Positions 18,959-29,032 are shown, numbered from the stretch's first letter. The stretch is DNA of 36,972 nt from a bacterium (GCA_043820455.1 JBDRDU010000073.1:1-36972), one strand, 5' to 3'. Numbers and translations are program-made. Notes: a model not told the origin generated them from the letters alone.

Positions 18959-19213
18959 ATGGCAGAGAAGGAGAAAAAGATCGGCGAGATCGCACACTAT
19001 TTCGGAAAAATAGGGGTGGCCGCGATAAAGATGAAGAGCGGATTGAATGTGGGAGATACCATCCATATAAAAGGACATACGACCGATTTTGAACAGGTAG
19101 TTGATTCGATACAAATAGAGCATCAGAGCATCCCAAAGGCCAAGAAAGGCGACGACATCGGCATAAAGGTTAAAGATCACGTGAGAGAGGGAGATGAAGT
19201 GTTTTTAAAATGA
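18959..19213 (+). CDS. Small translation-factor-like beta-barrel protein (EF/IF2 domain-like)
   Basis: IG.IAHYFGKIGVA, L.VGD.IHIKGHTTDF.Q.V.SIQ.EH, GD.IGIKV...VRE.D; start trimmed to 18959. Confidence 0.8.
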   Translation: MAEKEKKIGEIAHYFGKIGVAAIKMKSGLNVGDTIHIKGHTTDFEQVVDSIQIEHQSIPKAKKGDDIGIKVKDHVREGDEVFLK

Positions 19214-20538
19214 TAAACGAACAAAAGATCAATAAAGTATTAAAGACCATTAAACAGAAACGTATCAGAGATATTCAATTATGGTTCACCGATATTCTCG
19301 GATATCTGAAATGCGTAACGATCACGGACAGCGAGATCCATGAAGCTTTAACGCACGGCAAGGGCTTTGACGGTTCATCCATCACGGGTTTTGCGGAGGC
19401 GGAGGAAAGCGACATCATTGCCCGCGCCGATCCGGATTCTTTCACTGTTCTGCCATGGGAAGGGACCGAAGCCCCGGTTGGCAGGATGTTCTGCGACATT
19501 ATGAACCCGGACGGGACGCCATATCCGGGAGATCCGCGATACGCCCTGAAAAAACAGGTTGACCGGGCAAAAAAGATGGGACTCGATTTCTATGTCGGAC
19601 CGGAGCTGGAGTTCTTTTATTTTAAGACGGACAGCAAGCCGGAAATCGTCGACGATGGAAAATATTTCGACCTTATACCCAATGATCTGGCGAACTCGCT
19701 GAGGAAGAAAACAACAAGGATGCTCGAATCGGTAGGGATACAGATAGAAGCAAGCCACCATGAAGTCGCTCCGTCCCAGCACGAGATAGACCTTAAATAC
19801 GACAAGGCGGCGATAATGGCGGATAAGGTCATGACATATAAAATGGTCGTGAAGGAAATAGCCCAGCAGAGCGGAGTTCACGCGACGTTCATGCCAAAAC
19901 CGCTTTTTGGTGTATGCGGGAGCGGAATGCATGTCCACCAGTCATTGTTCAGAGGCAAGAAGAATGCATTTTTTGATAAACGGGACAAATACGGATTATC
20001 AAAGGTGGCGAAATATTTCATAGCCGGACAGCTGAAGCACGCTTTTGAAATGAGCTCCGTTTTCGGCCAGTGGGTGAATTCCTATAAAAGACTGGTGCCT
20101 GGCTATGAAGCCCCTATTTATATATCATGGGCAAGAAGGAACAGAACGGCTTTGATCAGAGTGCCATACTATAAACCGGGGCACGAAAATGCCACAAGGG
20201 CAGAGCTTAGATGCCCGGATCCTTCCTGCAACCCGTATCTTGCTTTTGCCGTCATGCTTGCCGCGGGGCTTGAAGGGATAGAGAAGAAATATGAGATCAC
20301 GGAGCCGATTGAACCAAATATCTATAAAATGGAAGTCGAGGAAAAAGAACGCAGAGGGCTAAAGTCATTACCAGTTGACCTTTTTGAGGCTATCAAGGCT
20401 ACGGAAAAAAGCAAGATCGTCCGGGAAGCGTTGGGCGAACACATATTCCCAAGGTTCATCCACAGCAAGATGAAGGAATGGGAAGATTTCAGGATAAGGA
20501 TAACCTCTTACGAGATAGAGAAGTATCTGAACTTGTGA
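19210..20538 (+). CDS. glnA: Glutamine synthetase type I
   Basis: FDGSSI, GPELEFF, HHEVAPSQHE, FMPKP...GSGMHVHQS, SYKRLVPGYEAP. Confidence 0.96.
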   Translation: MINEQKINKVLKTIKQKRIRDIQLWFTDILGYLKCVTITDSEIHEALTHGKGFDGSSITGFAEAEESDIIARADPDSFTVLPWEGTEAPVGRMFCDIMNPDGTPYPGDPRYALKKQVDRAKKMGLDFYVGPELEFFYFKTDSKPEIVDDGKYFDLIPNDLANSLRKKTTRMLESVGIQIEASHHEVAPSQHEIDLKYDKAAIMADKVMTYKMVVKEIAQQSGVHATFMPKPLFGVCGSGMHVHQSLFRGKKNAFFDKRDKYGLSKVAKYFIAGQLKHAFEMSSVFGQWVNSYKRLVPGYEAPIYISWARRNRTALIRVPYYKPGHENATRAELRCPDPSCNPYLAFAVMLAAGLEGIEKKYEITEPIEPNIYKMEVEEKERRGLKSLPVDLFEAIKATEKSKIVREALGEHIFPRFIHSKMKEWEDFRIRITSYEIEKYLNL

Positions 20539-21782
20539 AGAGCCTCGAGCTTAAATATGGAAGCAAAAGGATCTCCCTAAAACTGGAAGAAGGCAGCATA
20601 CTTTCTGTCCTGTCCGGCAAAAAACTGGCCCCGCTTGCGGATCCCAAAGAAAGGATCAAGAGGGTATTAAAGTACCCGATCTCATCCAAAAGCTTCTATG
20701 AGATCTTCCGCCCCGGGGAAAAGATCGCTATCGTTGTATCCGACAGGACAAGGAATGTGGCGGCCGCGGTTTTCCTTCCGATCATCATAGACAATCTCAA
20801 TTCCATCGGCATTGCGGACAAGGATATCTTTATTGTATTTGCGTGCGGGACCCACAGGCTTCATACAAAAAATGAGCATGCAAAGATAGTAGGGGAGGAT
20901 GTTGCCCGAAGGATAGAATTAGCGGACCACGATTGCAATGCCAAAGGCGATCTCGTCACACTGGGGACTACATCCAGAGGCACGAAAGTGGAGATCAACA
21001 GGAAAATTGCTGAGGCTGATCGCGTGATCCTGACAGGCGCGATAACTTACCATTACTTTGCAGGATACGGCGGGGGAAGAAAGGCAGTACTCCCCGGGAT
21101 CTCCGCTTTTCAGACCATACAATCGAACCATAAACTTTGTCTTACGAGCGAAAAAGCAAGAACGGGCGTGCTTGAAGGCAATCCCGTTCATGAGGACATG
21201 GTTGAAGCTGCGAAAATGCTCGATGTGGACCTTATTTTCAACGCGATAATGGATGATTCCGGGCGGATCTCCTCTGTTTTTGCAGGCGACCTTGTTGCCG
21301 CACATGAGGCCGGATGCGAGATGCTGGACAAAAACTTCAAGATAAAAGTTGATAAAAAGGCAAGGGCTGTTATCGCTTCCGCCGGCGGAGGCACAAAAGA
21401 CCTTAATTTTGTCCAGTCGCATAAGGCAATGGAAAATGCATCCTATGTCCTGGAAGAGGGCGGAACAATGGTGCTGCTCGGCGAATCTTCCGAGGGATTC
21501 CCTTCCGGCGAGTATATGAAATATGTGAATTTGGGATCAGCAAAAGCGATCGAAGACGAACTCAACAGGAATTTCACGATCCCGGGACATACTATCCTTT
21601 CTGCGATCAAGAAGGCGGAAAGGTTCAAGATCATCTGGGCGTCAAAGCTTCCCCAAGAGGTGATCAGGAAGATGGGGATCATTCCCGCTGATGGTCTGGC
21701 TGAAGCGATGAATTTAGCCGGAGAGCTTGAACAGGCTTATGTAATGCCGGATGCGTACAACACCTTTCCAGTGATAGGTTAG
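20535..21782 (+). CDS. larA: LarA-superfamily nickel-pincer-dependent hydroxy-acid racemase/epimerase
   Basis: SDRTR, GTHR, HYFAGYGGGRK..LPG, Q..KA motifs; GTG start overlaps the glnA stop. Confidence 0.85.
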   Translation: MKSLELKYGSKRISLKLEEGSILSVLSGKKLAPLADPKERIKRVLKYPISSKSFYEIFRPGEKIAIVVSDRTRNVAAAVFLPIIIDNLNSIGIADKDIFIVFACGTHRLHTKNEHAKIVGEDVARRIELADHDCNAKGDLVTLGTTSRGTKVEINRKIAEADRVILTGAITYHYFAGYGGGRKAVLPGISAFQTIQSNHKLCLTSEKARTGVLEGNPVHEDMVEAAKMLDVDLIFNAIMDDSGRISSVFAGDLVAAHEAGCEMLDKNFKIKVDKKARAVIASAGGGTKDLNFVQSHKAMENASYVLEEGGTMVLLGESSEGFPSGEYMKYVNLGSAKAIEDELNRNFTIPGHTILSAIKKAERFKIIWASKLPQEVIRKMGIIPADGLAEAMNLAGELEQAYVMPDAYNTFPVIG

Positions 21783-22504
21783 ATCGAAACGATCTTAAGA
21801 GTTCCCCAGGCGCCCATTATGTCGTTCTTTATGATAAGCACCCCGTGAAGGCCCTTGATCTTCTTTGCTATATTAAGCCCCTCTTCTATCGTTTCTTCAT
21901 CTTTTACCACGTTCCCTATCGCGGTAGCCGCCGCATCCGCAAGAGCGCAAGATCTTGCTGCTACGACCACAGCGTCGGCCGCGCCGAAAGAAACAGAATG
22001 GCCTACCGTTCCTGCGGAAGTGCAGATCCCCAGAGGGGTTTCTTGAGGCGATATTTCTATCGCGATCTTTTCAGAGAACTTGGACGTGCCGGCATAAACA
22101 CCGATGCGCCTCGGCTTATTTATTTTGACGAATATGTCGCCACCGTTCTCAACAATGACCTCATTTGAATACTTGAGCAAGCCTTTTCCAACAGCTTCGG
22201 CTATAGCTCCGGCGACAGAGGCCATTGGCCCGACATTTGCGCGTTTCGCGGCCCGGGACATCGTCTTTATTATTTTCGGCGAGAAAATGGATACCCCGTA
22301 AGGTTTAAAGGTCTTTGTGAATCTAGGGTTTTTGTTAATGTAATTTTCAAGTTCTTTTCTTTCTTTTTTAAGTATTTCGTGGGCAGGGCCGGTAAGTGCT
22401 TTTTCCGCAAGGATAAGGAGATTCGATTCCTTTTCTATGACCGCGCTGCGCACCAATCCTTTTGCGCTTATCAGTTTCCTGTATTTGAATTCTTGTGATT
22501 TCAT
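21779..22504 (-). CDS. UPF0280 / ApbE-like protein
   Basis: VGPMASVAGAIA, IVENGGDI, GICTSAGTVGHS.SFG.AD, ADAAATA. Confidence 0.88.
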   Translation of the reverse strand: MKSQEFKYRKLISAKGLVRSAVIEKESNLLILAEKALTGPAHEILKKERKELENYINKNPRFTKTFKPYGVSIFSPKIIKTMSRAAKRANVGPMASVAGAIAEAVGKGLLKYSNEVIVENGGDIFVKINKPRRIGVYAGTSKFSEKIAIEISPQETPLGICTSAGTVGHSVSFGAADAVVVAARSCALADAAATAIGNVVKDEETIEEGLNIAKKIKGLHGVLIIKNDIMGAWGTLKIVSI

Positions 22505-22522
22505 AAAGTTCAATTATACATT

Positions 22523-22562
22523 CCTGCGGGATAGCAGGCAAGCCCGCCTTTGGCGAGGCAAG
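22523..22562. repeat. Two tandem 20-bp hairpin units ending in GGCAAG (REP-like)
   Basis: CCTGCGGGATAGCAGGCAAG and CCCGCCTTTGGCGAGGCAAG between divergent -10 boxes. Confidence 0.55.
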
Positions 22563-22584
22563 CAAATATGTTATAATTAAATAA

Positions 22585-23313
22585 ATGAAACTAGGGATTT
22601 TGGCCGACATCCATTCAAATTTGGAAGCGTTGAAATGTGTGCTGGACGCATTGAAAGGTGTTCCAGAATTTATCTGCCTCGGCGATATCGTGGGGTACGG
22701 TCCGAACCCGAATGAGTGCGTTGAAATTGTAAGGTCGCTGAACTGCAGGACAGTTGCGGGAAACCACGGCTATTCTTGTATCGGTAAATTTGATGCATCC
22801 CAGTTCAGTGGCGATATAGAGAAATCTATCAGCTGGACCTCAAAAATTTTAACCCCGGATAACCGGAAGTTCCTGGAAGGCCTGCCCGACCGTCTGGAAG
22901 TGGATGATTTCGAAATGGTTCACGGAAGCCTCCGCAACCCCATTGAGGAGTATATTTCAAATGTCCAGCTTGGCGCCGCCACAATAGAGCTCATGAAAAA
23001 GAAAATATGTTTTGTGGGGCATCTTCACGTCCCTCTTGTTATAGTAAAAGAGAAAGACGGCAAATACAAAGGATGGCAGCTTAATGACGGAGATATCGTT
23101 GATGTGTCAAAATTTGACAAAGTTGTCATAAATGTCGGCAGTATAGGCCAGCCGCGCGACATGGACCCTCGCGCCAGCTTCGGCATCTATGACAATGAAA
23201 AACAAACCGTTGAAATAAGAAAAGTTGAATACGATATTCAGGCTGTCCAGGAAAAAATGAAAAAAGCCGACTTACCAGATTTCCTGATAGAGCGGCTCAA
23301 ATACGGGAGATGA
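22585..23313 (+). CDS. Calcineurin-like metallophosphoesterase
   Basis: DIHSN, LGDIVGYG, GNH, HGS, GHLH, NVGSIGQPRD. Confidence 0.92.
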   Translation: MKLGILADIHSNLEALKCVLDALKGVPEFICLGDIVGYGPNPNECVEIVRSLNCRTVAGNHGYSCIGKFDASQFSGDIEKSISWTSKILTPDNRKFLEGLPDRLEVDDFEMVHGSLRNPIEEYISNVQLGAATIELMKKKICFVGHLHVPLVIVKEKDGKYKGWQLNDGDIVDVSKFDKVVINVGSIGQPRDMDPRASFGIYDNEKQTVEIRKVEYDIQAVQEKMKKADLPDFLIERLKYGR

Positions 23314-23324
23314 TTGGTTTACCG

Positions 23325-23351
23325 GGAACCCGCGACTAAAGTCGCGGTTCC
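23325..23351. terminator. GC-rich palindrome between convergent genes (terminator or REP-like)
   Basis: GGAACCCGCGACT-AA-AGTCGCGGTTCC. Confidence 0.6.
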
Positions 23352-23355
23352 TTAA

Positions 23356-23946
23356 CTACAATATCCCTTTGGTGGAAGGGACCCCTTTTTTCCTTGGGCT
23401 TATCTCACAGGCTTTTGACAAAGCTACGGCAAAAGCCTTGAAGATCGACTCAATTATATGGTGCATGTTACTGCCGCGGATCAGGTTGACATGCATCGTG
23501 ACACCCGCGTTCAAGGTGAAAGCTTCGAAAAACTCTTTTACAACTTCAACGTCAAAATCAACAAATCTCTTTTTGGCGAATGCAACGTTGTAGGTGAGAT
23601 GAGGCCTGCCGCTTATGTCGATTATTATCTCGGAAAGGGACTCATCCATGGGGACTTTCGCCTCTCCGTACCGGTAGATGCCGGATTTTTTGCCGAGAGC
23701 TTTCTTTAATGCCTGGCCGAGGCAGATGCCGATGTCTTCAACTGTGTGGTGGTAATCAACTTCAAGATCGCCTTTGGCGGAAAGATTAAGGTCAAACACG
23801 CCGTGTTTGGCGAAAAGCTCGAGCATGTGGTCAAAGAAAGGGATGCCTGTCTTTATCTTGCTTTTCCCCCGGCCGTCTATGTTCAAGGAAATAACGATAC
23901 TTGTTTCGCCGGTTTTGCGCTTTATATCCGCTTTTCGCTTTGCCAT
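23356..23946 (-). CDS. hisB: Imidazoleglycerol-phosphate dehydratase
   Basis: FFDHML, DYHHTVED, PMDE, NMHHIIESIFKA, PSTKG. Confidence 0.96.
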   Translation of the reverse strand: MAKRKADIKRKTGETSIVISLNIDGRGKSKIKTGIPFFDHMLELFAKHGVFDLNLSAKGDLEVDYHHTVEDIGICLGQALKKALGKKSGIYRYGEAKVPMDESLSEIIIDISGRPHLTYNVAFAKKRFVDFDVEVVKEFFEAFTLNAGVTMHVNLIRGSNMHHIIESIFKAFAVALSKACEISPRKKGVPSTKGIL

Positions 23947-23948
23947 TA

Positions 23949-24239
23949 TTATTCTTTCTTTTCGCCTTTCAAAAGTTCTTCGTCATGCTTAAGTTTACTT
24001 TCGAGTTCTCTGATCTTTCCGAACATTCTTGTTTGCTCGGCAGCAGATATTATGCCCGTGAATATTACACCGATCAATATTGATATGAGTATCACCAATG
24101 AAAGAGAAACATTAAGGTTCCAAATAAGGATCGATACCGTGACCATCTGCGAATTAGCCAGTGCAAACCAGGTAAAAAATATCGCGAGGGTTATTGAAAG
24201 AATCAAGGTTCTGAATGACATAAATTTCCTCCTTTCCAA
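23949..24239 (-). CDS. LapA / DUF1049-like small membrane protein
   Basis: Two TM helices, FALAN...V.V, SLSLVIL, C-terminal coiled coil; start uncertain (TTG 24239 or ATG 24221). Confidence 0.75.
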   Translation of the reverse strand: MERRKFMSFRTLILSITLAIFFTWFALANSQMVTVSILIWNLNVSLSLVILISILIGVIFTGIISAAEQTRMFGKIRELESKLKHDEELLKGEKKE

Positions 24240-24264
24240 TGTTCACATTATATGTTCATTTTTC

Positions 24265-24687
24265 TTATAATACAAGATTAACCAAGTGATCTTTAAGGAA
24301 ACTTTCGACGGCTTTTACCGTTTCATCTTTAACTTTTGCCGGGCTATTTGTTACCCATAGGGTAAAGTTGTAAAACTCCTTCGTGTCAATATTGATCCAT
24401 TTTTTGTTTTTGTAAAGGAACACGAACAAGGTGGTCATTGCTATTCGTTTGTTCCCGTTTTGAAACGGGTGATTCTTTATCATGAGATAAAAAAGAATGC
24501 CTGCTTTTGCCAGAAGAGAAGGATATAGCGACCTACCGGAGAATGTCTGAAAAGGCGTTGAAAGGCAGCTCTCAAGAGCATTCGGGAATCTGGTGGTAAA
24601 ATCTGGTATCGGCTCATTGAAAGTCAAGACTTCTTTAGCAAGCCTGAAAGCGAGGTATTCCACTTCTTTTATTGTAAGCTTTTTCAT
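24265..24687 (-). CDS. doc: Doc-type Fic-family toxin
   Basis: HPFQNGNKR Doc signature; LYPSLLAKA..L...I.NH. Confidence 0.88.
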   Translation of the reverse strand: MKKLTIKEVEYLAFRLAKEVLTFNEPIPDFTTRFPNALESCLSTPFQTFSGRSLYPSLLAKAGILFYLMIKNHPFQNGNKRIAMTTLFVFLYKNKKWINIDTKEFYNFTLWVTNSPAKVKDETVKAVESFLKDHLVNLVL

Positions 24688-24953
24688 TATTCTTTTCCGA
24701 GGAGTTTCAGGGTTTCGCCGTATTCTTGAACGGTTTTGTGGACGGCTTTATCGATCTCTTCCTTATCGCTTTTGCCAAGTTCTTTGCCCAGAATATCTGA
24801 CATGGCAGTTTTTAGGATGGCATAATTCCTGCCAATTTTTTCAGCTTTGATCTGGCCTTTTTTGACCTTTTTGAATACGGCTATTCTGCTTATGCCAAGA
24901 ATTTTTGCTAATTCAGCAATAGTCAGGTACTCTTTTTTGCTGTTATCTTCCAT
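24687..24953 (-). CDS. Excisionase-like HTH protein, probable antitoxin
   Basis: YLTIAELAKILGISRIAVFK..KKG.IKA.KIGRNYAI; C-terminal EYGETLKLLG; translationally coupled to doc. Confidence 0.8.
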   Translation of the reverse strand: MEDNSKKEYLTIAELAKILGISRIAVFKKVKKGQIKAEKIGRNYAILKTAMSDILGKELGKSDKEEIDKAVHKTVQEYGETLKLLGKE

Positions 24954-24967
24954 AAAAATCTCCTTTC

Positions 24968-25044
24968 ATGTTAACCAGCCAAAAGCAAGTTAACATATGT
25001 TAACCAAGTGTGTATAGGTTAACATCATATTGCTTATATGTCAA
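24968..25044 (-). promoter_or_regulatory. TA promoter (TTGACA-N17-TAACCT) overlapping two tandem 29-bp operators ATGTTAAC-N13-GTTAACAT
   Basis: Units at 24968-24996 and 24997-25025; GTTAAC at 24970, 24989, 24999, 25018; -35 at 25044-25039. Confidence 0.8.
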
Positions 25045-25112
25045 TGAGTTGAATTACAAATTATGACATCAAAATGGAATAATAAAGGAAGGAATGAAAA
25101 AGAATAATGCGC

Positions 25113-25666
25113 TCAATTTCCTTTTATTGCTTTATCTAATTCATCCAACTCAGATTTATACTTAATATTATCGAATGATTTAATTAGGTTAGCATGCTCT
25201 ATATAATCCTCAGGAGTCAATTTTACTGTATTTTTAATCAGATTCGCTTTTACACTTTTCAATTCATTTTTGACTAACTCTTCCTGTTCCGCAATATTAA
25301 AGGCCGTACCAGCTCTTAGTTTCCAAATATAAGCAAGATAAGGTTTATTCTCTGTTTCCCAAAGTGCTCCAAAAGTCCGATATGCTTCTCCTTTCACATA
25401 TGCAATCTCTTTACTTTGCTCATAGAATAACTCACTATTCTTCGCAGAAAGATTTTCTAAAGCTTTTTTTCAGATATTTTTGGCTTCCCTTTGTATATAG
25501 TTCTTTTAAATCTGAATATTTATTACTGTAAACAATATACCAACCAGTGCAAGAATTGCAGAGAATATTATTAATTGGGCATTTAGAATGTGAGTGAAAT
25601 AGGACTCGGCAACCGAATAATGAATTAACATATTATAAATAGCTTCATTTGAAATAAGTGTGTCAT
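25113..25666 (-). pseudogene. AT-rich disrupted gene for a membrane-anchored helical protein
   Basis: GGAGG SD and ATG at 25666, early frameshift, TM segment (LIIFSAILALVGILFTVINI), in-frame TAA and TGA, second frameshift into ORF 25113-25397. Confidence 0.6.
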
Positions 25667-25676
25667 TAAAAACCTC

Positions 25677-26699
25677 CTAGAATAATCTTTCTTGAGCTTT
25701 TTCTTTCTTCTTTATCCCCAGATGTTCATAGGCGGCTTCGGTCGCGAGACGCCCCCTGGGAGTTCTCTCCATGAAGCCTATCTGCATAAGATAAGGTTCA
25801 TAAACATCTTCTATGGTCTCGGTTTCCTCCGATATGGATGCCGCGAGCGTCTCTATTCCCACGGGCCCGCCGCTGAATTTCTCGACGATAGTTTTAAGGA
25901 GTTTCCTATCGACAAGATCAAGGCCAAGCTGATCTATGTCCAGTTTATTGAGCGCGATCGTCGTTACATCAATATCGATATTACCGTGGGATTTGACTTG
26001 GCTGTAGTCTCTTATGCGCCTCAATAACCTGTTAGCTATCCTGGGAGTCCCCCGCGATCTTTTTGCGATCTCGTGCGCACTTTCATCGCTTATTTTTATG
26101 CCGAGCACTTCGGATGCGTGCTTAATGATAGTTTCAAGCTCACCGATATTGTAAAATTCCAGCCTTGCCATCATCCCGAACCTGTCGCGAAGGGGAGAGG
26201 TCAGCTGTCCCGCTCTTGTTGTTGCGCCAATGAGCGTGAATTTTGGAAGGTCAAGCCTTATTGACCTTGCCGACGGGCCCTTGCCTATTATTATATCAAG
26301 GCCGAAATCCTCCATTGCGGGGTACAGAACTTCCTCAACGGTCCTGTTCAGGCGGTGGATCTCGTCGATAAAAAGGATATCAAAATCCTTTAGGTTCGTA
26401 AGTATCGCCGCAAGGTCGCCGGGACGTTCTATCGCAGGGCCTGAAGTCACTTTGATGCTGACAGTCATTTCATTTGCGATGATGTTCGCCAGGGTTGTTT
26501 TCCCAAGCCCCGGAGGGCCGTAGAGAAGGATGTGTTCCAGGGCTTCACCCCTTTTCCTTGCTGCGTCCATGTGAATGACAAGGTTTTCCTTTATCTTATC
26601 CTGACCCATGAAGTTCGCGAGTTTTTTCGGCCTGAGGCCGACAAAAGCCAGGTCTTCTTCTTTCCTCTCAACCGTTATTATTCTTTCTTCTTCTTTCAT
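25677..26699 (-). CDS. ruvB: Holliday junction branch-migration helicase RuvB
   Basis: [38 protein letters not shown]. Confidence 0.98.
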   Translation of the reverse strand: MKEEERIITVERKEEDLAFVGLRPKKLANFMGQDKIKENLVIHMDAARKRGEALEHILLYGPPGLGKTTLANIIANEMTVSIKVTSGPAIERPGDLAAILTNLKDFDILFIDEIHRLNRTVEEVLYPAMEDFGLDIIIGKGPSARSIRLDLPKFTLIGATTRAGQLTSPLRDRFGMMARLEFYNIGELETIIKHASEVLGIKISDESAHEIAKRSRGTPRIANRLLRRIRDYSQVKSHGNIDIDVTTIALNKLDIDQLGLDLVDRKLLKTIVEKFSGGPVGIETLAASISEETETIEDVYEPYLMQIGFMERTPRGRLATEAAYEHLGIKKKEKAQERLF

Positions 26700-26702
26700 T
26701 GC

Positions 26703-29012
26703 TTATCCTTTTACGGAAATGCGCAAGAATTTTTCACTATAGTGCCTCTTATATTCATAATAACTTTTCATTACCTTCTGGACGTAGCGTTTTGTTTCGG
26801 AAAGCGGGATGCTTTCTACGAATTCGTCGATATCGATATTTGGCCCCCCTTTGTTCCACCATTTATTCCTCCACCTCTGCACCCTTGAGGGGCCGCCGTT
26901 ATATGCCGCAAGGGCCATAACCTTGTCATTATTGAATCTTTTCAGCAACTGGGAAAGGTAATAACATCCCATTTTGATATTGGTGTCAGGATCATGAAGC
27001 TTCTTGGTGTAATAAGATTTTATGCCGATAAGCCTTGCTATGCTCATGCCTGTCGGAGGGATTATCTGCATTAAGCCCCGCGCTTGCGCCCAGGAAAGAG
27101 TTTTGGGATTGAACCGGCTTTCTTCCCTTATTACCGCAAGCACAAGGGATTCCTCGATCCCGAATTTATTCGCATATTCGCTCACATATTTATAATAACC
27201 TTTCGGGTAAGCAAGATGCCAAACGGCGCGCGGCAGCTGTCCGGAAGTGCCTGATATTATCGCGCTGTTGCAGAGGCCTTCAGCGTAAACGATGGATCCT
27301 TTTATCTGCCCGGCGCCAAGATTTGCTGACGCAAGGGCAAGTTTCGCCGACATTTTCTTGTCTGCAGGGGAACTTACAATGAGTGCCGCTGCTTCTTTTG
27401 CGGCTTCGTCGTAAAAACCGATAGCCATCAGCTCCGAATATTTCTTAAAGTGTTCCCTTGTATCAAAAGCCTTTATGGAACGGCCTTCGCTTGTGACCGT
27501 TCTATCTTCTATGCCAGGCTCGAAAGGAAGCGATTCTTCCATGAACGCCTGGTCATCTGGAAGCGGGGTAGAAGCAAAAGGGCCTTCATTTATCATGTTT
27601 GCCGCGTCCGGGTCCGCGAAGGCCTCTTTCATTTCTATGTTCGGGACTCCGAGCGCAGATAATTTTTCCCTTGCCCTGTATCCGTAATAAGTATGATCGT
27701 ACCTTCCAACGACGAACTGATACGAGGCTACGGCATCCCACTTGTTGCCCATTTTTTCCTGCGACAGGGCTTTCCAGTAAGCGCAGGCATCAAGCAAGTC
27801 CCCGCTTGTGCATGACCAGACAGCTTTTGAGAAGGCTTCACAGGCCTTCGCATAATCCTTCTTAAAATAATTAAGCCTACCGATCCTCCAGTATGCATCA
27901 TCCAGGAATTCGCTTTTCGGGAACTGCTGGGCAAAATGATCATAATACTTCAAGGCAGTGTCTTTGAAGTTGTTCATTTCGTAGTAATACCCGAGGTAAT
28001 ATGCGGCATCGTCGGCATATTGCGAATTCGGATGATTTATCATCACTTTATTAAGGCAGTCCAGCGCCTGATAGAAATAACCGGTTTTGCCGTAGGCAAA
28101 TGCAAGGTAGAACTGCGCGGCGTCGGCAAAATCCCCTCCCTGCTTAACGCAGAGCTTGAACCTTGATATTGCCGAGCTCATTTTTTTTCTTTTGTAATCA
28201 CAAAAAGCCAGCTTAAAGAGCGCGTCTTCCCACAAATTGCTTTTCTTATAGTTCGTGACTATCTTCTGGAAAGTTATCCCTGCAGAAGCAAAATCCCCAA
28301 AGTTATAATAGACCATAGCTTTGTTATAAATATCTTCCGCTGAAGCGGCGCCGGGATAGATCTTATATTTCCTGGACAGGTAGCCGATTCTTGAAACAGC
28401 TTCCTTAACGAGCGGGCTTAACGGATGGTAAAGGTTCACTTCATGATATGCTTTTATCGCTTCCTTTGGCATTCCTGATTTTTCGTAGCATTTGCCAAGA
28501 TTGAATCTTGCCCTGTCAAGCTGGGCTAGGCTTGAATTTTCTGCAATAAGCGCCTTGTTTATTTCCAAGGCTTCCTTGATATTCATCAACTGGTAAAGGC
28601 ATTCTGCCATTTTGATGTCCGCTTCAGGCCTCAGGGTGCTGCCAGCGGATATCTCCACATACTGGTTATATGCCATTTCATAATCCTTCTTATTGAGATA
28701 AATTTCTCCGATGTAGTATTTTGAATAGTCGCAAAGCGCAAAATCGGGCTTTAACGACAGTATCCGGAAAATGTCTTCCGCGTAACTAACATCGCCTTTT
28801 TTGTAAAGGCAATGCGCCTTAAGGAAGAGTGCCCGGCTTGACCACGGCTCCTTTGCTTGCGATATCAGCTTGTTCAGCTCGATCACGGCATCATCATAGT
28901 ATTTCCATTTGTACAGGGTTATGGCGCGCTCCATCACGGAGTTGCTTGCGCAGAAGGAGGATGTTGATAAAAAGACGCATAGAACGGCGAGCAATATCAG
29001 GGTTTTCTTCAT
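26703..29012 (-). CDS. TPR-containing soluble lytic transglycosylase
   Basis: Signal peptide, multiple TPRs, IREESRF, ARGLMQI, AAYNGG, ETKRYV; alternative GTG start at 29036. Confidence 0.92.
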   Translation of the reverse strand: MKKTLILLAVLCVFLSTSSFCASNSVMERAITLYKWKYYDDAVIELNKLISQAKEPWSSRALFLKAHCLYKKGDVSYAEDIFRILSLKPDFALCDYSKYYIGEIYLNKKDYEMAYNQYVEISAGSTLRPEADIKMAECLYQLMNIKEALEINKALIAENSSLAQLDRARFNLGKCYEKSGMPKEAIKAYHEVNLYHPLSPLVKEAVSRIGYLSRKYKIYPGAASAEDIYNKAMVYYNFGDFASAGITFQKIVTNYKKSNLWEDALFKLAFCDYKRKKMSSAISRFKLCVKQGGDFADAAQFYLAFAYGKTGYFYQALDCLNKVMINHPNSQYADDAAYYLGYYYEMNNFKDTALKYYDHFAQQFPKSEFLDDAYWRIGRLNYFKKDYAKACEAFSKAVWSCTSGDLLDACAYWKALSQEKMGNKWDAVASYQFVVGRYDHTYYGYRAREKLSALGVPNIEMKEAFADPDAANMINEGPFASTPLPDDQAFMEESLPFEPGIEDRTVTSEGRSIKAFDTREHFKKYSELMAIGFYDEAAKEAAALIVSSPADKKMSAKLALASANLGAGQIKGSIVYAEGLCNSAIISGTSGQLPRAVWHLAYPKGYYKYVSEYANKFGIEESLVLAVIREESRFNPKTLSWAQARGLMQIIPPTGMSIARLIGIKSYYTKKLHDPDTNIKMGCYYLSQLLKRFNNDKVMALAAYNGGPSRVQRWRNKWWNKGGPNIDIDEFVESIPLSETKRYVQKVMKSYYEYKRHYSEKFLRISVKG

Positions 29013-29032
29013 TTGTTGGAATTTTACCACAA

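Noticed and set aside
24968-25025. dif, attC or integron recombination site
   Set aside because: Does not match the XerC/D 11-6-11 layout or GTTRRRY cores; no recombinase nearby; overlap with the -10 fits an operator better
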